DNA from: a virus
Lineage: Duplodnaviria > Caudoviricetes
Virus record (IMG/VR): IMGVR_UViG_3300037424_001167
Coordinates: 3,867-67,866 of that record
DNA: 64,000 nt
Direction: 5' to 3' (one strand)
Under the pieces are notes generated by a model that saw only the letters and a program-made list of their open reading frames with translations, searched no databases and had not been told where the DNA came from. The number at the start of each line of letters is the position of its first letter. Within the stretch, counting starts at the first letter, position 1. The position numbers and the translations under genes were made by a program. Shown one piece after another: positions 55,501-64,000 of this stretch.

Positions 55501-58500
55501 ATGACAGCTCTTACCGGACATGCAGTTACAACGAATTCAGCAGTTATCACAACGTGTGAACAGCTAATTACTGCATCAGGCGGCGCAAAAGGTACGGCTG
55601 TCACGAATAAAATCGGTACTTTGACCGGATGGGGGCAAATTCGGTCGCAGGGCAATACTGGGAACTGGCCTGCGTTAGGGTCTATCGGTAGTCCTGATGG
55701 GTTTGGATGGTTTTTAGATGGTACCACATTAGACGGCAATAAACTCGACTCAGGTAATTATGCGTTCACTTTTACATTCAGAACAAATATAGTCAATATT
55801 GACTGCAATTTCACATTTCGCGCGTATAAATATAATGGGAGCAGCTATACTTCTATTGGGTCTGTTACGTCATCTGACCAAGGTATTGGCAGTAGCGTTG
55901 ATACAACGGTAAGCGTTACGATATCTGGCGCGTCTGCTGTATCGTTTACTTCGTCAGATCATCTCTATATTGATTGTTGGTGTAATGTTACCAACAACTT
56001 CTTTGGCGGCTCAACTACTACAATCAGTTATTTTCCTTCAAATAGCACATCAGCAGGATGGGCAGATGCACGATGTGTCACGCCTGGATATTCGCCATCT
56101 AGCTCTACACGAACAATTACATCTACAACGGCTTTACTTAAATCTAATACACGAACAATTACATCTACAACGGCTTTACTGGAAACAAGGACACGAACTA
56201 TTGCAACATCGATAGCTGTACTTGCTACAGTCTCAAAAGCAATATCAAGCACATCAACTTTACTTCAGACATTAACACGTACTATCAGCTCTAACACGGC
56301 TTTATTGTTTACTAATACACGCACAGCTACATCTACATTGGCTTTACTTAAATCGTCTACGCGTGCCATTTCATCTGACGCTGCACTGCTTGCTACGAGT
56401 GCACGCGATATCAGTTCAGACGTGTCATTATCAGGAAATACTAAAACAATATCATGTGATGCTGCTTTACTTTTAGTATCCAATAGAGACATTGCATCCG
56501 ATGCAACGCTTTTACAAACATTCACACGGGCCATAAATGCTGCTTCATCACTTATTCAGACATCAACACGCTCCATTGGCAGCGATATAGCGCTATTGGC
56601 GATAAGCACGCGATCAATTAGTACCTCAATCGCATTGAAGCAAGAAAGTGCCCGTACAGCTTCACTGGACGCGGCTCTACTCCAAACTAATACGAGAGCT
56701 ATCACGAGCACAGGCGCTCTGCTTCAAACTACTGCAAGAATTATTAGCAGCAATACGTCTCTTTTGTCTATTAATGCACGCACTATAAGCTCAGATGCAT
56801 CTTTACTTCAAACTAATACGAGAGCCACAATATCAAATACCGCTCTACTCCAAACATCTATACGCACCATTTTATCTAATAGTGCATTTATTTCCACGCA
56901 GATCAGAGCTATTGGCACATCAGTGGCTTTAGAGGCATCAAGAACAGTATTATGTGATACGGCATTACTGGCAATAAGTACGCGTACAATCTTATCAGAC
57001 TCTGCATTCCTGCAAGCCCGTACGCGTACAATAAGTTCCGATACAGCACTATTGGCAATAAGTACGCGTACAATCTCAACAAATGCAACACTCCTGGCAA
57101 CTCTTAGCAGATCTATCTCCGCAGACTCATCTCTGCTTCAATCTAGTACACGCGAAATAATCACTGATGCATCTTTACTGCAAACAAGCGCTAGAGTGGT
57201 CACTGCTAATACTGCTCTTCTGGCCACTCTTACTAGGACAATCCCGTCAGATGCTGCCTTCATCGCAACTCTTAGTAGAAACATCCCATCCAATGTTTCA
57301 TTACAAGCAATAAGAACAATTCTATCTGATACAGCATTATTGGCAACATTAAGTAGAGCAATAGCCTGTAATGTTGCATTGATTGGGGCAGTACGGGTAA
57401 TCTCCTGTGATGCATCATTGCTGCAAATGAGTACGCGGGATATCCCTTCTAGTGCCACCTTGCAAGGGGTATTTACTCGTGATACCAGCTCAAGTGCAGC
57501 TTTACTTCAAGTAGCGGCGCGTGTCATTAGCTCTGATGCGGCTTTACTGGCCACTCTTAGCAGATCTGCCTTATCTACTACTGCGCTGTTAGGCGCTGGT
57601 GTTCGATCCATAAGCGCATCTGCCTCCTTGCTGGCAGTATCTGCCCGTAATGTTGTGTCTGATGTTGCTCTGCTTCAAACGTCTATACGCACTGCTGTAT
57701 CAGATGTGGCTCTTTTAGCTACACTGAGTAGGATTATCTCATCTGATGTTGCATTGATTGGGGCATCACGTGTAATTACTACAAGCGTTGCTCTACTGGC
57801 TACCAGCACCAAGACCATCTCATCCGATACGGCTTTACAAGCTACGGGGTCACGATCCACGAGCACATCAGTGGCTTTGCTGGCTATATCCACGCGGGTT
57901 ATTGGCTCCGATACAGCCTTATTGGCCACTTCGATTAGAGTTATCTCCGTAGACGCGTCCTTGATGCTGATTGTGGCCAAGATTGTCCCGTCTGATGCTT
58001 CGATCCTCGCAATCCAGAGCAGGTCTATTTCTTCAGAGGCTGCGCTTTTAGCAACGCCAAATAGATCAATCCTGTCAGATGTGTCGTTACAAGCATTAAG
58101 GACTGTCCCGTCTGATGCTGCATTGCTTGCAACATTAAGTAGAGCAATAGCATGTAATGTTGCATTGACAGGCTCTGCACGTGCTATATCCTGTGATGCG
58201 GCGTTACTGCAAGTAGACACGCGGATTATCCCATCTAATACCCCCTTGCAAGGGGTATCTGTCCGTAATGTTTCATCTGATACTGCTCTGCTTCAAGCAT
58301 CTATACGTGCTGTCATCTCAGATACGGCGCTTTTAGCTACACTGAGCAGGATCATCTCATCTGATGTTGCATTAACTGGTACGTCGCGCGTGATTGCTTG
58401 TAGTGTAGCTATCCTGGCTGTTAACGTCAGGACTGTCCCGTCTGATGTGTCCCTACTGCAAACAAGCACTAGATCCATACTATCAGATGTTGCGTTACTT

Positions 58501-59085
58501 GCAATTAGTTCTCGTACCATTGTATCAGACAGCGCTCTACTTGCAATATCCACACGAGCAATTAGTTCTAGTGCTTCATTTGCATTAGATGCTGGCACAC
58601 GTACTATAAGCTGTGATCTGGCGTTATTGGCTATCAATGTGCGTACTGCCAACGCAAGTGTGCCACTTCTTGCAACGGGAGAACGCACAGTAGCTACTGA
58701 TACTGCATTGCAGGCTAGTAACGCTAGGACAGTCAATAGCAGTGCTGCACTGCTCGCTACGAGCACTCTGACCATTCTGGCTAGCACGGCTTTGCAGCAA
58801 TCCAGTAGCAAAGCAATACCATCTACAGCGGCTCTGCTTGCCACTGGTGCACGCATTGCAGCTGCAAGTGTGGCATTATCTGCTCAAAGGGATGTAACTT
58901 GTAGTGCAGCATTTATTGTCACAACATTAAAAACCATCATATGCACGGCATGTCTCTCATCAGAGATATTGTCAGATCCAAACGCTACGATGTATACGCG
59001 TAGCGGCAATTGTTCAATGTACGTACGAAGTGGTGACACCATATGCTATACACGTAATGGTGATATATCACTTTATACAAGATAA
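55501..59085 (+). CDS. Putative tail fibre/surface protein built of about 65-68 tandem 14-aa repeats
   Basis: Period xRxIxSDxALLxxx from about 56107 to 58950; 42-nt near-exact first pair at 56107 and 56149. Confidence 0.8.
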   Translation: MTALTGHAVTTNSAVITTCEQLITASGGAKGTAVTNKIGTLTGWGQIRSQGNTGNWPALGSIGSPDGFGWFLDGTTLDGNKLDSGNYAFTFTFRTNIVNIDCNFTFRAYKYNGSSYTSIGSVTSSDQGIGSSVDTTVSVTISGASAVSFTSSDHLYIDCWCNVTNNFFGGSTTTISYFPSNSTSAGWADARCVTPGYSPSSSTRTITSTTALLKSNTRTITSTTALLETRTRTIATSIAVLATVSKAISSTSTLLQTLTRTISSNTALLFTNTRTATSTLALLKSSTRAISSDAALLATSARDISSDVSLSGNTKTISCDAALLLVSNRDIASDATLLQTFTRAINAASSLIQTSTRSIGSDIALLAISTRSISTSIALKQESARTASLDAALLQTNTRAITSTGALLQTTARIISSNTSLLSINARTISSDASLLQTNTRATISNTALLQTSIRTILSNSAFISTQIRAIGTSVALEASRTVLCDTALLAISTRTILSDSAFLQARTRTISSDTALLAISTRTISTNATLLATLSRSISADSSLLQSSTREIITDASLLQTSARVVTANTALLATLTRTIPSDAAFIATLSRNIPSNVSLQAIRTILSDTALLATLSRAIACNVALIGAVRVISCDASLLQMSTRDIPSSATLQGVFTRDTSSSAALLQVAARVISSDAALLATLSRSALSTTALLGAGVRSISASASLLAVSARNVVSDVALLQTSIRTAVSDVALLATLSRIISSDVALIGASRVITTSVALLATSTKTISSDTALQATGSRSTSTSVALLAISTRVIGSDTALLATSIRVISVDASLMLIVAKIVPSDASILAIQSRSISSEAALLATPNRSILSDVSLQALRTVPSDAALLATLSRAIACNVALTGSARAISCDAALLQVDTRIIPSNTPLQGVSVRNVSSDTALLQASIRAVISDTALLATLSRIISSDVALTGTSRVIACSVAILAVNVRTVPSDVSLLQTSTRSILSDVALLAISSRTIVSDSALLAISTRAISSSASFALDAGTRTISCDLALLAINVRTANASVPLLATGERTVATDTALQASNARTVNSSAALLATSTLTILASTALQQSSSKAIPSTAALLATGARIAAASVALSAQRDVTCSAAFIVTTLKTIICTACLSSEILSDPNATMYTRSGNCSMYVRSGDTICYTRNGDISLYTR

Positions 59086-59100
59086 GAAAGGCAAAACATC

Positions 59101-59622
59101 ATGGCAGCAGCAGTATGTCAGGCACAAGGTGGAACAGGCGCATCAGTTACATGGGCCAATGCAGAGGGTGGGTGCAAATTCAATCTTGCTGACTCTCTTA
59201 CTAGTACTACCCCTATTGCAATCCCAACGGCTACGGGAACTGTATTCAGTTGGATCAAAAACCTTGTACTAGCGGTAACAACTACAGGAACGACTGCAAT
59301 CACAAATAGGCGTATTAGCATGGCAACCAGTCCTGCAACTGGTCTCAAATTGCACTTTAAGCAAGTTGCAGTTGCATCTTATGCACAAGCCGCAACTGGC
59401 AACCGACCGGCCTCAAGTGGTTCTAACGGTGCGGTGCCATCAACTTACACTGAAATGACCACAACACCTGCACTATATGACAATACAAGTGTTGCAACAT
59501 CTAGTACAGGTCCGAACGGTGATATGGCTGTTTGCGCACTAGGAGTTGATTTCTCCTATGCTGGTGGTCCAGGGTCAGCACAAGCAGTACCTAATATTGT
59601 GATCACATATGATGAAGCTTAA
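59101..59622 (+). CDS. Hypothetical structural protein
   Basis: Thr/Ala/Ser-rich 173-aa ORF with GAAAGG RBS. Confidence 0.7.
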   Translation: MAAAVCQAQGGTGASVTWANAEGGCKFNLADSLTSTTPIAIPTATGTVFSWIKNLVLAVTTTGTTAITNRRISMATSPATGLKLHFKQVAVASYAQAATGNRPASSGSNGAVPSTYTEMTTTPALYDNTSVATSSTGPNGDMAVCALGVDFSYAGGPGSAQAVPNIVITYDEA

Positions 59623-59654
59623 AGCGTCACAGATACAAGGAGTATAATTCATAT

Positions 59655-60014
59655 ATGGCAATAGATATTAGCAGAATTGCAAAAGATGCATATACGTGGT
59701 GCGCAAAGTACCACGATGGTACCCAGATCCCAGAGTACGATGAGTCGTGTCCTAACGGTCGTGGCTTTGCGGAGGTGAGTGCCTCTCAAGTCGCGACTCT
59801 TGAGTTGTCCAGTGCCCACAAAGTAGCTGTTCCCCATGGCGCGACGCCTGTATTTTTCAGGCGTCGGCGCATGGAGCTTAATCCAAATGATGACAATGTG
59901 GTGAGCAGCACTACGACGCACTGTATAGGGTGGAAGAAGGGAGAGAACGCCTGTTACCTCTTCGTGTCTGAGGACGGCTCTACGCTTCTTACAAACGATG
60001 CACAAGCAGTCTAG
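59655..60014 (+). CDS. Hypothetical protein
   Basis: 119-aa ORF with AAGGAG RBS. Confidence 0.7.
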   Translation: MAIDISRIAKDAYTWCAKYHDGTQIPEYDESCPNGRGFAEVSASQVATLELSSAHKVAVPHGATPVFFRRRRMELNPNDDNVVSSTTTHCIGWKKGENACYLFVSEDGSTLLTNDAQAV

Positions 60015-60023
60015 GAGGATCTT

Positions 60024-60383
60024 ATGTCGCTAGTAGTGCCCATTGATGATTACAGTCCGATCTATCAAAATGACACAAGCAATCCATTTATTATCCAAGT
60101 TTTGCACAAAAACGGGTATGAAAGCATATTGGGCGCTACTATTACCATGAAGATGCAAAATGTTGATAGTCCCGCAACAATCAATACGTGTAGTGGAATT
60201 TGGACAATAGATGCAGGAGATAATGGCAAGGCTTCATATGAGTATCAAGCTGCTGACGTTGATGATCCTGGGAATTGGTACATGTGGGTCAAGGTAGTCA
60301 TAGGAGGGAAGACAGTGCATCCTGATGATGGGGTGGGATTGCCTAAGATTTTAGTAATAAAGCCGTTACCAACGGGAGTATAA
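60024..60383 (+). CDS. BppU-N-like baseplate-associated protein
   Basis: D...F.IQV...GATITMKM...DAGDNGKASYEYQAADVDDPGNWY pattern. Confidence 0.6.
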   Translation: MSLVVPIDDYSPIYQNDTSNPFIIQVLHKNGYESILGATITMKMQNVDSPATINTCSGIWTIDAGDNGKASYEYQAADVDDPGNWYMWVKVVIGGKTVHPDDGVGLPKILVIKPLPTGV

Positions 60384-60404
60384 CCACCTTGCAAGGGGGA
60401 TGTC

Positions 60405-61511
60405 ATGATACCACAGTTTTGCGACTTATCGCAATTTCAGCCACAATATATCGACTGGCAAGCGTACAAGGCATGGAGTGCAAGCCGCGATGGTATAAGT
60501 CGTGTAGCGCTCCGATCAAGTTACGGTACTGGCTATAAAGATCAGCATTTTGATGCATATAGAACAGGGGCTTTAGATGCTGGCATTGATGTAATTCTGT
60601 ATTATCACTACAGCTATCCTAATCTGAATAAAGCACAACAAGAGGCAAACTGGCAGCATAGTGTTGTAGGGGCAATACGCGCTCAGGATTTGCTGATATT
60701 GGATATTGAGGAGAATGTGCCGCAAGCTACGGGCGCATGGGCGTACGCCTGGCTTGCTCAGCAGGAATCCAACTATGGGGGCAAGCTACCAGGTATCTAT
60801 GCCAGTTCTTCCTACATTCAGCAGAGATTGCAGGACGCCAGACTGGCCCGCTATCCGCTCTGGCTGGCAAACTGGACATTCACGCCTGATGCAAGGCCTT
60901 CGTGTCCTGCCCCTTGGACATCATATCAATTTCTCCAATATACCGATAAAGCAAACGGCATCCCAGGTATTGCCGGTACTGTTGATGCCAATATTTTTCT
61001 AGATAAAACACAACCGAAACCAGAGGAGAAACCAATCATGATCGATCTAAACAATCCAACCGTTGCTAGTCATTTTAAAGCAGAAGGCGCTGCATGGAAA
61101 TGCAAAGACAAAGGCCACGATTATACAATACACGGTGAAATACTTGCAACTTACCAGAAATACGGCAAAAGCGATCTTTGCGGATTAAGTTTCTTAGGAC
61201 TTCCATTGTCTAATGAAATACCAATTGTAGGACATGTAGGAGTTGCATACCAACGGTTTGAACGGGGTGTGCTCTGCTTTGACCCAGTGCCTCACGCTGT
61301 TGACACGCCTCCCGGACTAGAGAAGGCCCGTGTTTATCCTCTCCACATTGACTCTGGAGTTGGTCAAGATCCCAGGGTGACCTCCTTGCAAGGTGAGAAT
61401 GCAGCGCTCAAGGCTTTGCTCGCTTCCTCAAAGCTGGGACAGATTAATATCATTGGCAAGCGCGTCCAAGCTGATGCACAGTTGATTATTGACGCCACTC
61501 AGGTTCAATAG
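60405..61511 (+). CDS. Endolysin, GH25 muramidase with an LGFP-like C-terminal domain
   Basis: DLSQFQ, YYHY, ILDIEE, LWLA.W, FLQYTD, VDANIF; LGLPLSNE...QRFERGVL. Confidence 0.92.
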   Translation: MIPQFCDLSQFQPQYIDWQAYKAWSASRDGISRVALRSSYGTGYKDQHFDAYRTGALDAGIDVILYYHYSYPNLNKAQQEANWQHSVVGAIRAQDLLILDIEENVPQATGAWAYAWLAQQESNYGGKLPGIYASSSYIQQRLQDARLARYPLWLANWTFTPDARPSCPAPWTSYQFLQYTDKANGIPGIAGTVDANIFLDKTQPKPEEKPIMIDLNNPTVASHFKAEGAAWKCKDKGHDYTIHGEILATYQKYGKSDLCGLSFLGLPLSNEIPIVGHVGVAYQRFERGVLCFDPVPHAVDTPPGLEKARVYPLHIDSGVGQDPRVTSLQGENAALKALLASSKLGQINIIGKRVQADAQLIIDATQVQ

Positions 61512-61519
61512 GAGGCCTG

Positions 61520-61837
61520 ATGACAACAGCTCAGTGGATTAGTATGATCTTTTTTGCAACGTGGCCTCTTACGTGGCATTTGATGGCTCCTGTCGCTCAG
61601 TATATCATTCAAAGGTTCCCTACAGGCCAATTTGCAGCATTAAAAGATTTTGCTGAAATAGCAGTGAAACAAGTAGAGCAGCAACATAAGAATTTATCAG
61701 GAGAAGCTAAGAAGCAAATTGCGATGAGCCTGGTAATTCGGCTATTCAAAGCTTTCAAAAGACCTCTTCCTCCTGAAGACATTGTGAGTGCTGCAATTGA
61801 AGCTATTGTGATGATACTCCCAAAGTCAGGCAAATAA
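61520..61837 (+). CDS. Holin (LL-H-like)
   Basis: One TM segment, then AVKQVEQ...SGEAKKQ.A...AAIEA.V. Confidence 0.8.
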   Translation: MTTAQWISMIFFATWPLTWHLMAPVAQYIIQRFPTGQFAALKDFAEIAVKQVEQQHKNLSGEAKKQIAMSLVIRLFKAFKRPLPPEDIVSAAIEAIVMILPKSGK

Positions 61838-61839
61838 CT

Positions 61840-62190
61840 ATGGATGTTCCAGGTTTATCAGGCTGGCCGAGCATTGCGGTTACCATCATTGCAGTCATCA
61901 TAAGTGCTTATTATACGATAAAGAGGACAAAAAGCAATTTTGATGATGCAACGGAGAAAGCTCAAAAGAATGCGATTGAAGCAATGCAGTTAGAGTCGCA
62001 ATCGCTCAGGAGAAGAATAGGCGATGTTGAGAAGGAGAATACAAAGCTAGAGCATACAATAGAAACAATATGCTTAGCATTAAAGACGCGCGGAATACTT
62101 ATATCCATTCAAGGTGAGATGATAAGCGTCGAGAATACAAGAGATGGCAAGACAACAATAACCCGTATGCATGAGAAGGAGTCAATATGA
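61840..62190 (+). CDS. Membrane protein with coiled coil (lysis accessory)
   Basis: N-terminal TM segment plus coiled coil, next to the holin. Confidence 0.65.
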   Translation: MDVPGLSGWPSIAVTIIAVIISAYYTIKRTKSNFDDATEKAQKNAIEAMQLESQSLRRRIGDVEKENTKLEHTIETICLALKTRGILISIQGEMISVENTRDGKTTITRMHEKESI

Positions 62191-62537
62191 GTCTACAACA
62201 GGAACAACAGGATGTTATCGATGCAGAAGCGGCTCTTATTGCGCTTGGAGCGTTGTCAGCAGATAACTTTAATCAAGCTCATCAACTACTCAAGAAGCGG
62301 AAAAATGCTCAGGACAACATTAATACGATCCAATCAAACCAATTTCATCCTGATGCCTTTAATCTCATTAATCAAATTCAAAACAAAGCAGCTCAAACAG
62401 ATAAGGTCGTGGTGATATCGCAGTTCTTACGTACATTTGCAGAGTATATCGCAACACAGACGCAAGCACTGCAAGGGACACATCCAACAATTAAGGACAT
62501 AGTAGACAATATAATTCCCATGGGAGGAGAGAACTGA
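62187..62537 (+). CDS. Hypothetical protein
   Basis: Coupled ORF with AAGGAG RBS. Confidence 0.65.
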   Translation: MSLQQEQQDVIDAEAALIALGALSADNFNQAHQLLKKRKNAQDNINTIQSNQFHPDAFNLINQIQNKAAQTDKVVVISQFLRTFAEYIATQTQALQGTHPTIKDIVDNIIPMGGEN

Positions 62538-62580
62538 TTTTGCTTTAATAGCTGTAAGATAGCATTCTTTGAGGTGACAC

Positions 62581-62838
62581 ATGAGTCAGTTCAAGAAACC
62601 CTTTAAATTGCCATATGACGATGACTTTGGATCTTTAGATGCATTTCATAATATTGACACTGCAAAAGTAAAAGCTATCTGGCCTGTTAACAAGCCAAAG
62701 GAGAAGAAAAAGATAACGATTGTTAACTTTGCAATCATAATGTTTATATCGATGATAGGTTTGATGTGTATCTACACGTTCTTTATTATTTTTATCGCGC
62801 TTTTGAAGATATTCATACTAATAGTGATTGGAGGGTAG
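62581..62838 (+). CDS. Small membrane protein
   Basis: C-terminal hydrophobic stretch; GAGGTG RBS. Confidence 0.6.
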   Translation: MSQFKKPFKLPYDDDFGSLDAFHNIDTAKVKAIWPVNKPKEKKKITIVNFAIIMFISMIGLMCIYTFFIIFIALLKIFILIVIGG

Positions 62839-62906
62839 ATATTCTGGGCTGATTATGGTATTCTTAGCTTGATTAAAGAAACATTTTCGCAAGCTAGGAG
62901 AAAACC

Positions 62907-63812
62907 ATGGCAGGCCTTATTGTAACGGGGTTCGAAACCTCAATTCTTGCAGGGCACGTTAGTCAGTCGTCGATCGACATGTACACCCGTGACTTTGCAG
63001 CTTATCTTTCCTATGCAGGATCTAAGGATAGTGCATTTAATACGGTCACACTTAACCGATGGGTGTCCCATCTGGTGAATGACTCTGATATGTCACCAAA
63101 TACAATCAATCGTATGGTAAGCGCCGTAAAGAAGATCATGATAGTTGCGTCCAAACAAGGGTATATCTCATCTGAGCTTGCAGAGTCGTTCAAGCATGTT
63201 GACGGTGTTAAGGCTAGTTCTCTCAAGGGCAGAATGCGTATTAGGAATAGAGTAAAGATAGAGCCAGAGCAGATGCGTGCCATCATAGACTCCATTGACC
63301 GCTCTACGCTGGTGGGGATGCGCAATGCTGCACTCTTTATCACTCTCGCATCATCTGGGTTACGGGTAAAAGAGTTATCCCTCTTGAAGCAAGAGCAGGT
63401 GATCAAAAGGGGAGATGGCTACTTCCTCCATATGTATGCTGAGCACGGTAAAAATCAGGAGGAGGACAGAGAGGCGTATATCTCTGTAGAGGCTGTAGAG
63501 GCTATCAGGGAGTGGCTAGAGGCCCGTCCCATTGAAAGCCCCTATATCTTCACGTCATTCCAAGGGAAGAGCATGATGGCAAATGAGAAGCCTATCTCCT
63601 CGCAAGGGGTATGGAATGCAGTTAAGGAGATAACAGAGGCGCAAGGACTCCAAGATATTAAGCCCCATGACTTTAGAAGATTTGTTGGAACGCAACTTGC
63701 TAAGAAGGATATTCGCATAGCCCAAATGGCATTAGGGCATAAGAGGATAGAGACAACTGTAAAATATGATTTACGTGAAATTGAGGTAGGGACAACGGAC
63801 AATCTGTTCTGA
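62907..63812 (+). CDS. Second tyrosine recombinase (XerC-like)
   Basis: SSGLRVKE, HGK, KPHDFRR, LGH..IETT.KY. Confidence 0.93.
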   Translation: MAGLIVTGFETSILAGHVSQSSIDMYTRDFAAYLSYAGSKDSAFNTVTLNRWVSHLVNDSDMSPNTINRMVSAVKKIMIVASKQGYISSELAESFKHVDGVKASSLKGRMRIRNRVKIEPEQMRAIIDSIDRSTLVGMRNAALFITLASSGLRVKELSLLKQEQVIKRGDGYFLHMYAEHGKNQEEDREAYISVEAVEAIREWLEARPIESPYIFTSFQGKSMMANEKPISSQGVWNAVKEITEAQGLQDIKPHDFRRFVGTQLAKKDIRIAQMALGHKRIETTVKYDLREIEVGTTDNLF

Positions 63813-63934
63813 TCTGCCCTTCCAAGATAAAACGCATATCGCTACAATGGGCAAGAGGTGGCTTGTCGGCGCTTCAATGATAGCTGATATGGGTCAAAAA
63901 TTTGGGGCTTCTCAATGCGATTGAGCGCAAATTA

Positions 63935-63961
63935 CCCCTTGCAGACGCACCCTGCAAGGGG
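63935..63961. repeat. Hairpin CCCCTTGCAG-acgcacc-CTGCAAGGGG followed by a G run
   Basis: 10-bp perfect inverted repeat made from the halves of the iterated palindrome. Confidence 0.6.
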
Positions 63962-64000
63962 GGGGGGGGGGGGATAGAGTGTATTTGACGAAAAGGGTCT

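Larger units (their letters stand above)
3833..61395. repeat. Dispersed 14-bp palindrome CCCCTTGCAAGGGG
   Basis: Exact at 3833, 16295, 23426, 27214, 35880, 58242; one mismatch at 5247, 21332, 33899, 43260, 47154, 57456, 60385. Confidence 0.9.
1..64000. mobile_element. Temperate siphovirus-like phage / probable phage-plasmid; both ends extend beyond the window
   Basis: Terminase-portal-scaffold-capsid-tail-tape measure-lysis gene order at 37-62 kb; phage replication and regulatory genes at 0-33 kb; no host housekeeping genes seen. Confidence 0.95.

Noticed and set aside
56028-58856. Several long minus-strand ORFs within the repeat gene
   Set aside because: Antisense shadows of a repetitive, stop-poor coding sequence
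50417-59085. Diversity-generating retroelement acting on tail genes
   Set aside because: No reverse transcriptase, and the duplications found do not show adenine-specific differences
63958-63972. 15-G homopolymer as a phase-variation tract or G-quadruplex
   Set aside because: Intergenic, at the window edge with no downstream context, and homopolymer length is error-prone in assemblies
1-64000. Insertion sequences, introns or inteins
   Set aside because: No transposase, reverse transcriptase or intein splice motifs recognised; terminase, helicases and primase look uninterrupted

Overview
The whole window is a large temperate siphovirus-like phage, seen in what looks like its unintegrated, plasmid-like form. 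From 1 to 30 kb, mostly on the minus strand, are early genes for recombination, replication and regulation: a Cas4-like nuclease, gp32-like SSB, SF2 helicase, ORF6N and DinD/BRO proteins, Arc/RHH regulators, primase, an SNF2-methylase fusion, a DUF3987-like protein, RusA and a HAD phosphatase. This part also holds a ParM/ParR-like partition locus, an FtsK/TraB-like membrane ATPase and many tiny ORFs. A rightward regulatory block follows at 30.3-33.5 kb. The 34.2-36.6 kb control island has four notable elements: (i) a small RNA with its own promoter and terminator, built of degenerate CRISPR-like repeats ending GGGATTGAAAC, (ii) one copy of a 213-bp, 98%-identical inverted repeat whose partner lies 22 kb upstream, (iii) a tRNA-Arg(CCG) split into two oppositely oriented halves, and (iv) a tyrosine recombinase. 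From 37 to 62 kb is a complete head-tail-lysis module, including a 1194-aa protein made of 14-aa repeats, followed by a second tyrosine recombinase. A 14-bp palindrome, CCCCTTGCAAGGGG, recurs throughout the window. About ten early promoters share a GTTGC(T/C)A box next to the -35 element. The host may be Chloroflexota (Ktedonobacteria-like), but this is an unverified impression. All product calls come from motifs read by eye and from gene position; no database searches were run.
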